Shown piece after piece: positions 17,668 to 26,326 of a stretch of 64,000 nt of DNA (position 1 is the stretch's first letter; the number at the start of each line of letters is the position of its first letter). Origin of the DNA: an uncultured virus (IMG/VR IMGVR_UViG_3300042554_001444). Its lineage: Duplodnaviria > Heunggongvirae > Uroviricota > Caudoviricetes. The notes under the pieces were generated by a model. It did not search any database. It saw only the letters and a program-made list of their open reading frames with translations, and was not told the origin of the DNA. The translations under genes were made by a program, and so were the position numbers. The stretch lies in the IMG/VR virus record IMGVR_UViG_3300042554_001444; one strand, given 5' to 3'.

Positions 17668-17981
17668 GTGGCAAACCAACACCGCTGCAAGACCGCCTTG
17701 GATCAATGGTCCACGCCTTCAGTGACGAGCAGCGGAAGTACGCCGTCAGGTTGCTGGCCGCCGATGTTGGCAAGGTGGAGCGCGAACTGAACGCGGCCAA
17801 TGACCGCATCAAGCGGCTGGAGGAGGCTCTTGCAGCGTACCAGAAAGCCTACACCCCCGAAGGACATACCAAACCACACGACTGCTTCGCGACTGGGCCT
17901 CGCACTGGCGATCCAATTCAAGACCTCGTTCTCTGTCCGGGATGCTGGGCAGAACAAAAAGCCAAGGAGGCCAAGCCGTGA
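17664..17981 (+). CDS. Cassette-like hypothetical protein
   Basis: Contains DRIKRLEE; ends KAKEAKP. Confidence 0.7.
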   Translation: MSGKPTPLQDRLGSMVHAFSDEQRKYAVRLLAADVGKVERELNAANDRIKRLEEALAAYQKAYTPEGHTKPHDCFATGPRTGDPIQDLVLCPGCWAEQKAKEAKP

Positions 17982-18247
17982 GTGAATTAAACGTATCCAT
18001 TTGTGATGGCAAGTATACTGTCATTCAAGAATCTACTGGTGGAACTCGCGTCCTTCGCTATGGCGAGGAGTGGCGAGATGTCACTGGAGACAATGTGATT
18101 GGCGGTCTTGCGTGGGAGCTTCAAGAGTCGCGTGAGCGGATCAAGCGGTTGGAGGAGGAGCTAATGGACACGAAGAACAAGCACGCCGCTCTGGTCGCGG
18201 ACGTTGCAATTGAGAACTGGCGTAAAGCCAAGGAGGCCAAGCTGTGA
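17978..18247 (+). CDS. Cassette-like hypothetical protein
   Basis: GTG start within junction repeat; ERIKRLEE; ends KAKEAKL. Confidence 0.7.
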   Translation: MSELNVSICDGKYTVIQESTGGTRVLRYGEEWRDVTGDNVIGGLAWELQESRERIKRLEEELMDTKNKHAALVADVAIENWRKAKEAKL

Positions 18248-18606
18248 CTTGCCCACATTGCGACTCACCGCTTGATGTGAGTGATACTGCCGGGAATCCG
18301 TGGTACTGTTGCGGATCAACAAAAACCTTTCGCAGCATGTCATGTCTCGATCGTGAGCCACTTGCTACGAAGCTGCGTGCTGCGACCGAGCGCATCAAAC
18401 TGCTTGAAGCAGTCACCAACGACCCTCACGCGCTCTGGGCCAACTGGTTGCGTGGGAGCGTTGCTCTGCCGGTGGGCATCGGTGACGTAAGGGAGTATCA
18501 AGAGCGCATCAAGCGGCTGGAGGAGGGCGGTGATGAAGCGATTTACAAAACGAACCTGTTTGACCGAGAGGCGCATTGGAACAAAGCCAAGGAGGCCAAG
18601 CTGTGA
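18244..18606 (+). CDS. Cassette-like hypothetical protein with CxxC
   Basis: CPHC; ERIKLLEA and ERIKRLEE; ends KAKEAKL. Confidence 0.7.
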   Translation: MTCPHCDSPLDVSDTAGNPWYCCGSTKTFRSMSCLDREPLATKLRAATERIKLLEAVTNDPHALWANWLRGSVALPVGIGDVREYQERIKRLEEGGDEAIYKTNLFDREAHWNKAKEAKL

Positions 18607-18761
18607 CCACTTCCCAAGTCCGACGCATAATGGCTGATGGAATCGACGCGCCACCATTGACCAAGGCCCAAGCCGGAAAAGTTGCCCGCCACGTCCAGAG
18701 GATCCGAGTCAACGACGGGCCGACGGCGTTCAGGCGACGCAAACGAAAGGCCACAAAGTGA
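18603..18761 (+). CDS. Small basic hypothetical protein
   Basis: GTG start in the last junction repeat. Confidence 0.55.
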   Translation: MTTSQVRRIMADGIDAPPLTKAQAGKVARHVQRIRVNDGPTAFRRRKRKATK

Positions 18762-19006
18762 AGGCACCATTGACCGCCGAACAGGTCGCCCGACTCCTCG
18801 GGAAGCAACCCACCCAGGCCAAGCCGGCCAAAAAGATCACCCACGGGGTCTTGCTCAACCCACCGCTGCCCGACGATGCGGTCCGGGACATCCGCGCAAG
18901 GTGGGGTCGTGGGGAGCCAATCAAACAGATCGCAAACGATCACGGAATCACCCGAGCCGCTGTTTCGCTGATCGGCTCAGGCCAGCGCCGGAGGGACGTC
19001 AGTTGA
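18758..19006 (+). CDS. HTH DNA-binding protein
   Basis: GEPIKQIANDHGITRAAVSLI helix-turn-helix. Confidence 0.75.
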   Translation: MKAPLTAEQVARLLGKQPTQAKPAKKITHGVLLNPPLPDDAVRDIRARWGRGEPIKQIANDHGITRAAVSLIGSGQRRRDVS

Positions 19007-19072
19007 GCTCGTCCTTAGCCGCTGGTGACCGTAGCCTTGTGCCGGATCGCGCTTTCTGGTCCACGGGTCGGA

Positions 19073-19822
19073 GTGAACATCACACCGGGCCGAAAAAAAG
19101 TCATGGCGGTCGGGTGCAGCCACGGCAACCGAGCCAACCCAAACGCGCTCGCCGCCGCGCTTTTGTTCCGCGAACAGTTTCGACCCGACGAGGTCATCCA
19201 CCTGGGGGACGCCTACGACCTTGCATCACTCCGGGCGGGTGCCTTAGCCAACCCGGACGACTCTGACCATGCCGATGACTACCTCGACGACATTCGTTGC
19301 GGCGCTGAGTTCCTCGATGCGCTCAGGCCGACGGTCTTCATTCTCGGAAACCACGACCAGCGGGCGCTCAAGTTCACCAAGCACCACAACACCGTGGTCC
19401 GAGGGTTTGCGGAAGCCGTTTGGGAACGGATGCTGGCACCGATCCAGAAACACTGCCACACGTTCATCCAGTACCACGACGTGCTGCCACGCTCTTGGTA
19501 TCACCTGGGGGGCTACAAGTGGGGCCACGGTCTGCTGTATTCCGAAAACTTCCTCCGGGACACGGCCGAGACGTGGGGAAACACCGTCGTTGCCCACGCC
19601 CACCGCGCAGGAATGGCCACCGGCCGACGTTCCGACAACCCGGTCTGCCTATCGCCCGGGACGCTGGCCGACGCGCCTTGCATGGACTACGCCCTAAAAC
19701 GCCGAGGAACGTTGGCGTGGTCCCACGGGATAGTCTTTGGTGAATACACTGACACCACAGCCCAACTCTACCTTCACCAATGGCCACAGACCGAAACAGC
19801 ATGGAATCTGCCGAACTTCTGA
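19073..19822 (+). CDS. Calcineurin-like metallophosphoesterase
   Basis: GCSHG, HLGD, GNHD, HG and AHAH motifs. Confidence 0.85.
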   Translation: MNITPGRKKVMAVGCSHGNRANPNALAAALLFREQFRPDEVIHLGDAYDLASLRAGALANPDDSDHADDYLDDIRCGAEFLDALRPTVFILGNHDQRALKFTKHHNTVVRGFAEAVWERMLAPIQKHCHTFIQYHDVLPRSWYHLGGYKWGHGLLYSENFLRDTAETWGNTVVAHAHRAGMATGRRSDNPVCLSPGTLADAPCMDYALKRRGTLAWSHGIVFGEYTDTTAQLYLHQWPQTETAWNLPNF

Positions 19823-20043
19823 GACGGATCCGCGACGAGATCCAGCGCAAGGTTCAGCAGCCCACAAGCGAATGGAAAACCGCGCTCCAGTGGGGCAAAG
19901 AATGGGGCCTCGGACGGGCTCAGACCAATCAAATGCTGACCTCGGCGGTCAAAAACGGCATCATGGAGTTTCAGACATTTCGGATTCCGATGCCAACCCG
20001 CGCATCTTATCCGGTGCCCCATTACCGACGCAAAACACCATGA
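19801..20043 (+). CDS. Hypothetical (wHTH-like) protein
   Basis: WKTALQWGKEWGL...; follows the phosphoesterase. Confidence 0.6.
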   Translation: MESAELLRRIRDEIQRKVQQPTSEWKTALQWGKEWGLGRAQTNQMLTSAVKNGIMEFQTFRIPMPTRASYPVPHYRRKTP

Positions 20044-20222
20044 CGTTTCGCTCCAAGCACAACCCCGCCGTGGTCGTCGAAGTCATCGCCGAGGCCGAAC
20101 TCCGCATCGGTGAAACCAAGCGCCAAGCCGTGGTCTACACCCGCAACGGCACGATTTACGTCCGACCCAAGGCCGAATTTCTCGACAAGTTTTCGCTGGT
20201 AGTTTCGGCCGAGCCGAAGTAA
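20040..20222 (+). CDS. DUF1653-like small protein
   Basis: VVY...YVRPKAEFLDKF. Confidence 0.65.
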   Translation: MTFRSKHNPAVVVEVIAEAELRIGETKRQAVVYTRNGTIYVRPKAEFLDKFSLVVSAEPK

Positions 20223-20242
20223 CTGTCAGCAGTCGCCGCAAG

Positions 20243-20372
20243 GTGGCACGGGATTGGAACCCCGGAAACAGATGAAACCTCAGAAACTCCAAACCAGCCG
20301 CCCGCGAGGGCTTCCCGTATCGCAAAGATCCGGTCCTGTGCCCGTTCCAATCGGGGGCGGTTGGTTTGGGGA
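20243..20372 (+). ncRNA. C4-like antisense RNA element with upstream target
   Basis: 17-bp stem 20287-20303/20355-20371 enclosing GTGCC and GTTCCAATC, which are complementary to upstream GGCAC and GATTGGAAC. Confidence 0.65.
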
Positions 20373-20384
20373 TTCACATACCCC

Positions 20385-20789
20385 ATGACATACTCAGAAA
20401 AACTTAAAGACCCAAGATGGCAACGACGCAGACTTGAGGTTCTAAAAGCAGCCGAGTTCCGCTGCCAAGATTGCGGAGACACAACTAAAACGCTCGCTGT
20501 TCACCACGGACGATACGAACGCGGAAAAGAACCGTGGGAAGCAGCAAATCACGATCTTATTTGTCTTTGCGAAGAATGCCATCAATACCGCCATTCACTC
20601 GAAGCAGAGATTAAAGCCGGAATGTCATGCCTTCCGCTCCATCTATTGAATGCACTTTCGACGACGGCGCTGGTAATGGGACACGTTTGGATGAACATGG
20701 AAGATCGGTTTGGAAAAGATCTTTCGATCAAGGTGCATGAAACCGTAATGGCAAAACACGCCTCATGGAACAACGTCGAAAAAATCTAA
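20385..20789 (+). CDS. HNH-like endonuclease
   Basis: YSEKLKDPRWQ, CQDCG, LAVHH and LCEECH motifs. Confidence 0.85.
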   Translation: MTYSEKLKDPRWQRRRLEVLKAAEFRCQDCGDTTKTLAVHHGRYERGKEPWEAANHDLICLCEECHQYRHSLEAEIKAGMSCLPLHLLNALSTTALVMGHVWMNMEDRFGKDLSIKVHETVMAKHASWNNVEKI

Positions 20790-20793
20790 TTCC

Positions 20794-21639
20794 ATGAGAA
20801 TCAGAACCATCAAACCGGAGTTTTGGGAATCCGAAAGCCTCGGCAGAGTTTCGCGAGAAGCTCGACTTCTTTTCATCGGCCTTTTTTCTTGTTGCGACGA
20901 TCACGGGAGGGCTCGCGCATCCTCGCGACTCCTCGCGAGTCGTCTTTACCCATACGACGATGACGCATTCAAGAAACTTCCCGCTTGGATCTCTGAACTC
21001 CAGCAGGAAGGGTGCATCCGGCTTTATCAAGTCGATGGCGAAACATACCTCGACATTCCAAAATGGGCCAATCACCAGAAAATCGACAAGCCTTCAGCTT
21101 CCAAACTGCCACCATTCGACGATGTTCGAGAGGATTCGCGAGGGTTCGAGAAAAATAGCCTTGGAACAGGGAATGGGAACAGGGAAGAGGAACAGGGAAC
21201 AGGGAACAGGGAGCGGGAAGGAACAGGCGAGAAATCGCTTTGGGAGATAAAGTTTGGCTTGGAACTCCCGGAAAGCCTCCGCACCGAGGAATGCCGAGAG
21301 GCGGTCAACCTTTGGCTGGCCTACAAGTCCGAGCGACGCCAAGCCTACAAGCCCATCGGACTCAAAGCGGCCCTGACCGAATGGGGACGCGAATACACCT
21401 CCGATCAGTTTCCAAGCATCGTCCAAAACTCAATCGCCAAGAACTGGCAAGGCATCCACAACAACAAACCTTCCACCCAAACCACTTTCGCAAATGCAAA
21501 CGATCCAATCGCTCGCCGAAACGCTCTCCTCGGAGATGACGTCACCGAACAGCAAGCCGAAGCCTCAAGGAGATCCCGAGCCATCGACGAAGCCAACCTC
21601 CGGAGATTCGAGGCAACTGGCCTCACACCTTTCGACTAA
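20794..21639 (+). CDS. Replication initiator/replisome organiser
   Basis: MRIRTIKPEFW N-terminus, W..HQKI, C-terminal WLAYK...SI.KNWQGI; central purine repeats. Confidence 0.85.
   Translation: MRIRTIKPEFWESESLGRVSREARLLFIGLFSCCDDHGRARASSRLLASRLYPYDDDAFKKLPAWISELQQEGCIRLYQVDGETYLDIPKWANHQKIDKPSASKLPPFDDVREDSRGFEKNSLGTGNGNREEEQGTGNREREGTGEKSLWEIKFGLELPESLRTEECREAVNLWLAYKSERRQAYKPIGLKAALTEWGREYTSDQFPSIVQNSIAKNWQGIHNNKPSTQTTFANANDPIARRNALLGDDVTEQQAEASRRSRAIDEANLRRFEATGLTPFD
21162..21227 (+). repeat. GGAACAG(G) tandem repeats, candidate replication origin
   Basis: About 6 GGAACAG units in the linker of the initiator gene. Confidence 0.7.
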
Positions 21640-22222
21640 GAACTGCCCAGCCTTCCGGGCCAAGGTGATCGGCCTAAACGAAACCGCGCCGCTATCAAAC
21701 CGGCTGGCCAAGTTCATCGAGGCATGGATCAAAGCCGCGGCCTCCAACAAGCGGGACAAGGGGACGTGGATGGTGATCTCCGGGCCTCCGGGAGCCGGCA
21801 AGACCCATTCGTTGAAGGCGGCTAGGCGCTTCCTTGAAAACCACAACGTGGACCTGTGGCACGAATGCTACTGGCCAAGCCCGCCCGCCATCCTGTGGGC
21901 CACTTGGTCCCGGATCATCGCCCTTGAGCGTGACGAGTGGGACGATTGGCTTTACGATCTTCGCCGTGCATCCATCGTGATCCTCGACGACGTTGGTTCC
22001 GAGGTGGACAAGTACAAGACCGGGGAGCCGGCCGAGCGCCTCCGGGTTGCACTAGAGACCTGCGAACGCCGGTGGTTGCTTATGTCCACCAACCTCCGAC
22101 CCGACAAGTGGTCTTCAGCCTTCGACCAGCGGGTCAACAGCCGGCTTCAACCCGCGGTGACCCTCGACATGACCGGCGCAATTGACTTCAGACCGACCAA
22201 GAAACCAGCAAACCAACAGTGA
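21494..22222 (+). CDS. DnaC/IstB-like AAA+ helicase loader (start uncertain)
   Basis: GPPGAGKT, IVILDDVG, STN and RVNSRL motifs. Confidence 0.88.
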   Translation: MQTIQSLAETLSSEMTSPNSKPKPQGDPEPSTKPTSGDSRQLASHLSTKNCPAFRAKVIGLNETAPLSNRLAKFIEAWIKAAASNKRDKGTWMVISGPPGAGKTHSLKAARRFLENHNVDLWHECYWPSPPAILWATWSRIIALERDEWDDWLYDLRRASIVILDDVGSEVDKYKTGEPAERLRVALETCERRWLLMSTNLRPDKWSSAFDQRVNSRLQPAVTLDMTGAIDFRPTKKPANQQ

Positions 22223-22229
22223 AAACCAC

Positions 22230-22529
22230 ATGATAATCGCAAAAATAGACGTAACCAAGCTCGACAAGGGCCACTTTTTCAAAGGGCAGAAGGGCATTTA
22301 CGCAGACCTTATTCTGATCCCAAACAAGGACGGCACCGACCAGTACGGCAACGACGGGTTGGTTAGCCAAGGGGTCTCCAAAGAAGCCCGGGAGAAGGGC
22401 ACCAAAGGGGCCATCGTGGGCAACTACCGGAAGATCAACCGAGGGGGCGACACGGCTGCAGCACCAAAGACTCAGGCAAAGCCCAAGGTGCAACCCGACT
22501 TTGACCAACAAGACGACGTTCCCTTTTGA
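22230..22529 (+). CDS. Putative ssDNA-binding protein
   Basis: KIDVTKLDK...DQYGNDG...; acidic tail DDVPF. Confidence 0.7.
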   Translation: MIIAKIDVTKLDKGHFFKGQKGIYADLILIPNKDGTDQYGNDGLVSQGVSKEAREKGTKGAIVGNYRKINRGGDTAAAPKTQAKPKVQPDFDQQDDVPF

Positions 22530-22532
22530 CCT

Positions 22533-23078
22533 ATGAGCCGACCCCATTACCTCTGCAAAAAAGTCCAACCGGGCGAAATCAAGCCCATGACCGCGGACAC
22601 AATCCGCATGATGGCCCAGGCCGAGGACCTCGTTGCCTACGGCATTCGCCGCGGGTTGCTGGCCTACCCACGCGGAACCGAGTTCGACCGCTCAGGCCGA
22701 CCCATCCCGAAGCTCACGGTCCCAAGCCACGAAACCAAGCCAATCGAAGGTTACCCGTGCCTCCGGGCCTACCTCATGCACGACAACGGATCCACCCACG
22801 CCGAAATTGGGAAAGCAATCCATGCCGGGACAGCTAAGGTCGCTGAGATCATCGCCCATGGACGCGAGATCTACCGCCGCCAAGCCGTCGAGACAATCAA
22901 GGAGGGTGAAGACGCCACCCAGCAATCAAAACGCGCCAGCGGGGCAGGAAACGCGCAGGGCGGGGCGTCCAAGGCCGAGCCCCCCCCCGGGGTGGGAACC
23001 CTCCCGGACGAAACCTTCAAAGCAGGGGCCAAAGCCAACCGAGGAGCCCCCGAGCGTAAACAAAAGCTAAACCCATAA
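22533..23078 (+). CDS. Hypothetical protein with HTH-like segment
   Basis: GSTHAEIGKAIH; low-complexity C-terminus uncertain. Confidence 0.55.
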   Translation: MSRPHYLCKKVQPGEIKPMTADTIRMMAQAEDLVAYGIRRGLLAYPRGTEFDRSGRPIPKLTVPSHETKPIEGYPCLRAYLMHDNGSTHAEIGKAIHAGTAKVAEIIAHGREIYRRQAVETIKEGEDATQQSKRASGAGNAQGGASKAEPPPGVGTLPDETFKAGAKANRGAPERKQKLNP

Positions 23079-23089
23079 ACTCCCCCCCC

Positions 23090-23308
23090 ATGAAAGACGC
23101 CGCCAACTACGTTCTGCTCAACATCGCCCACCACATTATCAAGTGGGCCATTACCCGGATCCGGTCCGGAAGCATGACCCCGGAACAATTTGCCGAGAGC
23201 CAGACGACGGACGCCCACTTTCGGGATCCGAAGCGGGCTACCATCACACTCGGCATTCGGCAGATCATGCACGAGAAGCCTGAAAATCTTCCGGAGACGC
23301 TGCGATGA
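23090..23308 (+). CDS. Hypothetical protein
   Basis: ATGA-coupled to terS. Confidence 0.6.
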   Translation: MKDAANYVLLNIAHHIIKWAITRIRSGSMTPEQFAESQTTDAHFRDPKRATITLGIRQIMHEKPENLPETLR

Positions 23309-23919
23309 CTCAGACCGAGTACGTCAAGCATTCCGGGCTCACCAAGGGCCGGGTCTCCCAGTTGGTAAAAGCCGGGATGCCGTTGACCTCGCCCGAGGCC
23401 GCAGACCAATGGCGTGGCATGGGTGCCCAGAAGCGCCCGGGGGTCATCCCGAAATCTGCTTCGGGATCATCCCCAGAGCCGGGGCCGTACCGACCGCCCG
23501 AGGCCCAAGCTCCGACTGACCCGTCCGTGGTCTCCGCGGACACTCCGCAAGGAGCCTACGAACGCCAACGGCAGATTGAGCGGGCCGCTTACGCGCTGGC
23601 CGTCCGGTCGCTTAAGGCCTCCCAGCTCGACGCCGGCCGTCTGGTGTCGATTCACGCTCAAGCCGCCCGGAACCTGACCCAAGCCCGGCAGGAGGTCATT
23701 ACACTGTCAGAACGCGAGCGGACACTTGTTTCGGGCGACTGGGTGCGCAAGGTGATGACCGACCACGACGGGGCGGTCGCAACCTTACTGAAGGCCATGC
23801 CAAAACAACTCGCCGGCCGGATCTCACCGCACGACCCAGAACACGCCGAAAAGGAACTGGACCGCTGGGTTCAGGAGGTCGCTTTGGCAACGCTCTACCA
23901 AACAGACCCATGGAAGTAA
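23305..23919 (+). CDS. terS: Terminase small subunit (Nu1-like)
   Basis: N-terminal HTH (GLTKGRVSQLVKAGMP), LV...V...LLKAMPKQLA; precedes gpA-type TerL. Confidence 0.8.
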   Translation: MTQTEYVKHSGLTKGRVSQLVKAGMPLTSPEAADQWRGMGAQKRPGVIPKSASGSSPEPGPYRPPEAQAPTDPSVVSADTPQGAYERQRQIERAAYALAVRSLKASQLDAGRLVSIHAQAARNLTQARQEVITLSERERTLVSGDWVRKVMTDHDGAVATLLKAMPKQLAGRISPHDPEHAEKELDRWVQEVALATLYQTDPWK

Positions 23920-25733
23920 TCCCCATGGACGACCTCCAACGCGATCTTCTGGAGTTCTTGCGCGGGCTCTACCGCCCTGCGCCCCGGCAGACCGTGGTCC
24001 AATGGGCCGAGGCCAATCTCAAACTGACCTCCCGGCAGACCGAGCATCCGGGACCGTACTCGACCAGCGTTCGGCCTTACGTTCGGGAACCGCTCGAATG
24101 CTGGAAGGACTCCGGGGTCGTTGAAATGACGCTTTGCTGGGGATCTCAGACCAGCAAAACCACGACCCTGATGGCGGGTCTTGCGTGGTTGATCGACACC
24201 GAGCCAAGCCCGGCGCTGTGGCTGATGCCTACCGAAAACCTTGCCCGGTCGTTCTCCAAGTCTCGATGGATGCCGATGCTCGAAGACTGCCCGGCCATGG
24301 TAGCGCATTTCCCAAGCGACAAAGACAAGTTGACCCACCTAGAACAACATTTCGACCGCTCGACGCTGACGTTTGTGGGGTCCAACAGCGCGGCAAACCT
24401 CGCTTCCCGACCTGTCCGGGTGCTGGTGGCCGACGAGGTGGACAAGTTCGCCCAGGCATCGGAAACGGAAGCTGACGCGCTCGACCTAGCCGAGCAGCGC
24501 CTCAAAGCGTTTTCGTCGTCCAAGCTGTTTCTGACCTCGACACCGACGACCACCGAGGGGCGAATCTGGCAGAGGTTCTTGCGCGGGGACCAGCGCCGGT
24601 ACTACCTGCCCTGCCCGCATTGCAAGGTGCCGATCCGACTGGAGTGGAGACAGGTGAAGTGGGACGAGACCGCCAAGTTGGAGGATGGCAAGTGGGACTT
24701 CGGTCGGGTCCGCGCATCCGCCCGTTACGAGTGCCAGCTTTGCAAGGGGGCGATGACCGACGCTCAGAAGGTCGCCGGACTCCGCCACGGCCAATGGATC
24801 CCGGAAAACAAGGGGGCCCTCCCCGGGGTGCGGTCTTACCACCTGTCGAGCCTTTACAGCCCGGACCGGAAATGCACATGGGGACATCTGGCCGTCCAGT
24901 TCATCGAGTCTCAGGAATCACTGATCGGGCTCCAAGGCTTCATCAACGGCAACCTCGCTGAGCCGTGGGAGAACCAAGCCGCGCCCCGACAGCGCGAGGA
25001 GTTGATTGTCGCCGGCACCGAGGGCCTGGCCGAGAAAGCGATCAAGTTCCTCACCGTTGATTGCCAAGCCTCCAGCCCGCACTTCTGGTTCGTAGTGAGG
25101 GCATGGAACGAGGACGGGTCATCCCGAGCAATTGAGGCCGGGCCGCTCGACACTTGGCACGACGTGCGTGAAAAACAGGGCCAGCACGGGGTGCAGGACG
25201 TTCACGTCGTCATCGACTCGGGCTATGACGCCCCGACCGTGTATTCGGAATGCCTTCGGTGGGGCCGATTCTTCCCGAGGACCGGCCGGGTCCCGCTTTG
25301 GGTCGGATGGATGCCCGCAAAGGGAATGCCCCGGAAAGGGTGGCGCAACCCGAAGACCGGGGTGGAAGATCCGTTTTTCCTCCGAGGCATTGACCCGCGG
25401 GTGGGCGACAACGCCGGGCGCCAGGGCAAACTTGAGCTGAAGCTCTTGGAGTTCGGCACCGACGTGACCAAGGACATCCTCGAACGACTCCGCAAAGGCA
25501 AGACCGCCACCCGGTGGGAGGTCGCCGACAATGTAGCCTCCCCGGAATACTGGCGGCACCTGGACTGCGAACAAAAGGTTGCACGAATGTCCAGCGCCAC
25601 CGGCCGGACAACTTGGACGTGGCTGCCCCGATCCTCAAAATGGCCGAATCACTTGGCCGACTGCGAAGTCATGCAGGTAGCCGCCGCGATCTTCCACAAC
25701 CGCATCCGAATCACCGCATCCAATGCAGACTGA
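23910..25733 (+). CDS. terL: Terminase large subunit, lambda gpA family
   Basis: WGSQTSKT, LASRPVRVLVADEVD, STPT, CPHC, TVD.Q, IDSG and NHLADCE motifs. Confidence 0.95.
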   Translation: MEVIPMDDLQRDLLEFLRGLYRPAPRQTVVQWAEANLKLTSRQTEHPGPYSTSVRPYVREPLECWKDSGVVEMTLCWGSQTSKTTTLMAGLAWLIDTEPSPALWLMPTENLARSFSKSRWMPMLEDCPAMVAHFPSDKDKLTHLEQHFDRSTLTFVGSNSAANLASRPVRVLVADEVDKFAQASETEADALDLAEQRLKAFSSSKLFLTSTPTTTEGRIWQRFLRGDQRRYYLPCPHCKVPIRLEWRQVKWDETAKLEDGKWDFGRVRASARYECQLCKGAMTDAQKVAGLRHGQWIPENKGALPGVRSYHLSSLYSPDRKCTWGHLAVQFIESQESLIGLQGFINGNLAEPWENQAAPRQREELIVAGTEGLAEKAIKFLTVDCQASSPHFWFVVRAWNEDGSSRAIEAGPLDTWHDVREKQGQHGVQDVHVVIDSGYDAPTVYSECLRWGRFFPRTGRVPLWVGWMPAKGMPRKGWRNPKTGVEDPFFLRGIDPRVGDNAGRQGKLELKLLEFGTDVTKDILERLRKGKTATRWEVADNVASPEYWRHLDCEQKVARMSSATGRTTWTWLPRSSKWPNHLADCEVMQVAAAIFHNRIRITASNAD

Positions 25734-25908
25734 CCTGTTTTCCACCAAAGAACTCGCCGCGATGCTTAAGCGGGCTCCGTCCTACGTCTACGCGATGAGG
25801 GCCAAGGGCTTTCCCATGCCGGGAGGCCGAGCGCGAGTCTCCGAGGCTCTGGCGTGGCTCACCAAGCACCCGCAACCGAGGGCCGAAAAAGGGCACGGGA
25901 AGAAATGA
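25723..25908 (+). CDS. Small wHTH DNA-binding protein (excisionase/AlpA-like fold)
   Basis: STKELAAMLKRAPSYVY...GFPMP. Confidence 0.65.
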   Translation: MQTDLFSTKELAAMLKRAPSYVYAMRAKGFPMPGGRARVSEALAWLTKHPQPRAEKGHGKK

Positions 25909-25966
25909 GCAGGGATGGGACAACGCCTCGATGGCGTCCGGTTCCTAATCGTGTGGACCTTCAATC

Positions 25967-26326
25967 GTGGCTGTTTCGACCGCATTCACCCGTGGGCTAC
26001 TCCGTCGCATTTACTCGACGGTGACGGACGGGGTCACGCTTTTGGATCGGCTCACGTCCCTTAGCAACGCGGCTGTTCAGAGCGTGGAATCTGGCAGGGT
26101 GTTGCAATCGACCTCGGGCAATGGCCGATCGGTTGAGTTCCAAGTCAACGCGCAGGAAGGGGTCACGCCGACTGAGATGGCGGAAACGTATTCGAGGCTC
26201 CTTGACCTCTACGATCAAGCCGTTGCTGCCAGCAACACGACCGATGCAACGCGCTACGGGTTCATGATGGGCCAATTGAAGGCGATTCGGTCCTTCCGCA
26301 ACGACTTCTCGAATCTGATCCGATGA
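25967..26326 (+). CDS. Head-tail joining (gpW-position) protein
   Basis: Between TerL and portal; STSGNGRSVEF. Confidence 0.6.
   Translation: MAVSTAFTRGLLRRIYSTVTDGVTLLDRLTSLSNAAVQSVESGRVLQSTSGNGRSVEFQVNAQEGVTPTEMAETYSRLLDLYDQAVAASNTTDATRYGFMMGQLKAIRSFRNDFSNLIR

Larger units (their letters stand above)
17647..18606 (+). repeat. Dispersed gene-junction repeat AAAGCCAAGGAGGCCAAGCYGTGA (4 copies) plus internal GASCGSATCAAGCGGYTGGAGGAG (3 copies)
   Basis: Junction copies end at 17667, 17981, 18247 and 18606; internal copies at 17802, 18134 and 18502. Confidence 0.92.

Noticed and set aside
17647..18606. CRISPR array or integron attC array
   Set aside because: Spacing is 266-359 nt, the repeats are coding and non-palindromic, and there is no cas gene or integron integrase
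22980..23089. Poly-C tracts (C9 at 22980, C8 at 23082) as phase-variation switches
   Set aside because: They lie in a low-complexity C-terminus and a leader; no disrupted recognisable gene, and no read data to show length variation
25723..25908. Excisionase marking a prophage boundary
   Set aside because: No integrase, att-like repeat or host genes nearby; the fold is generic
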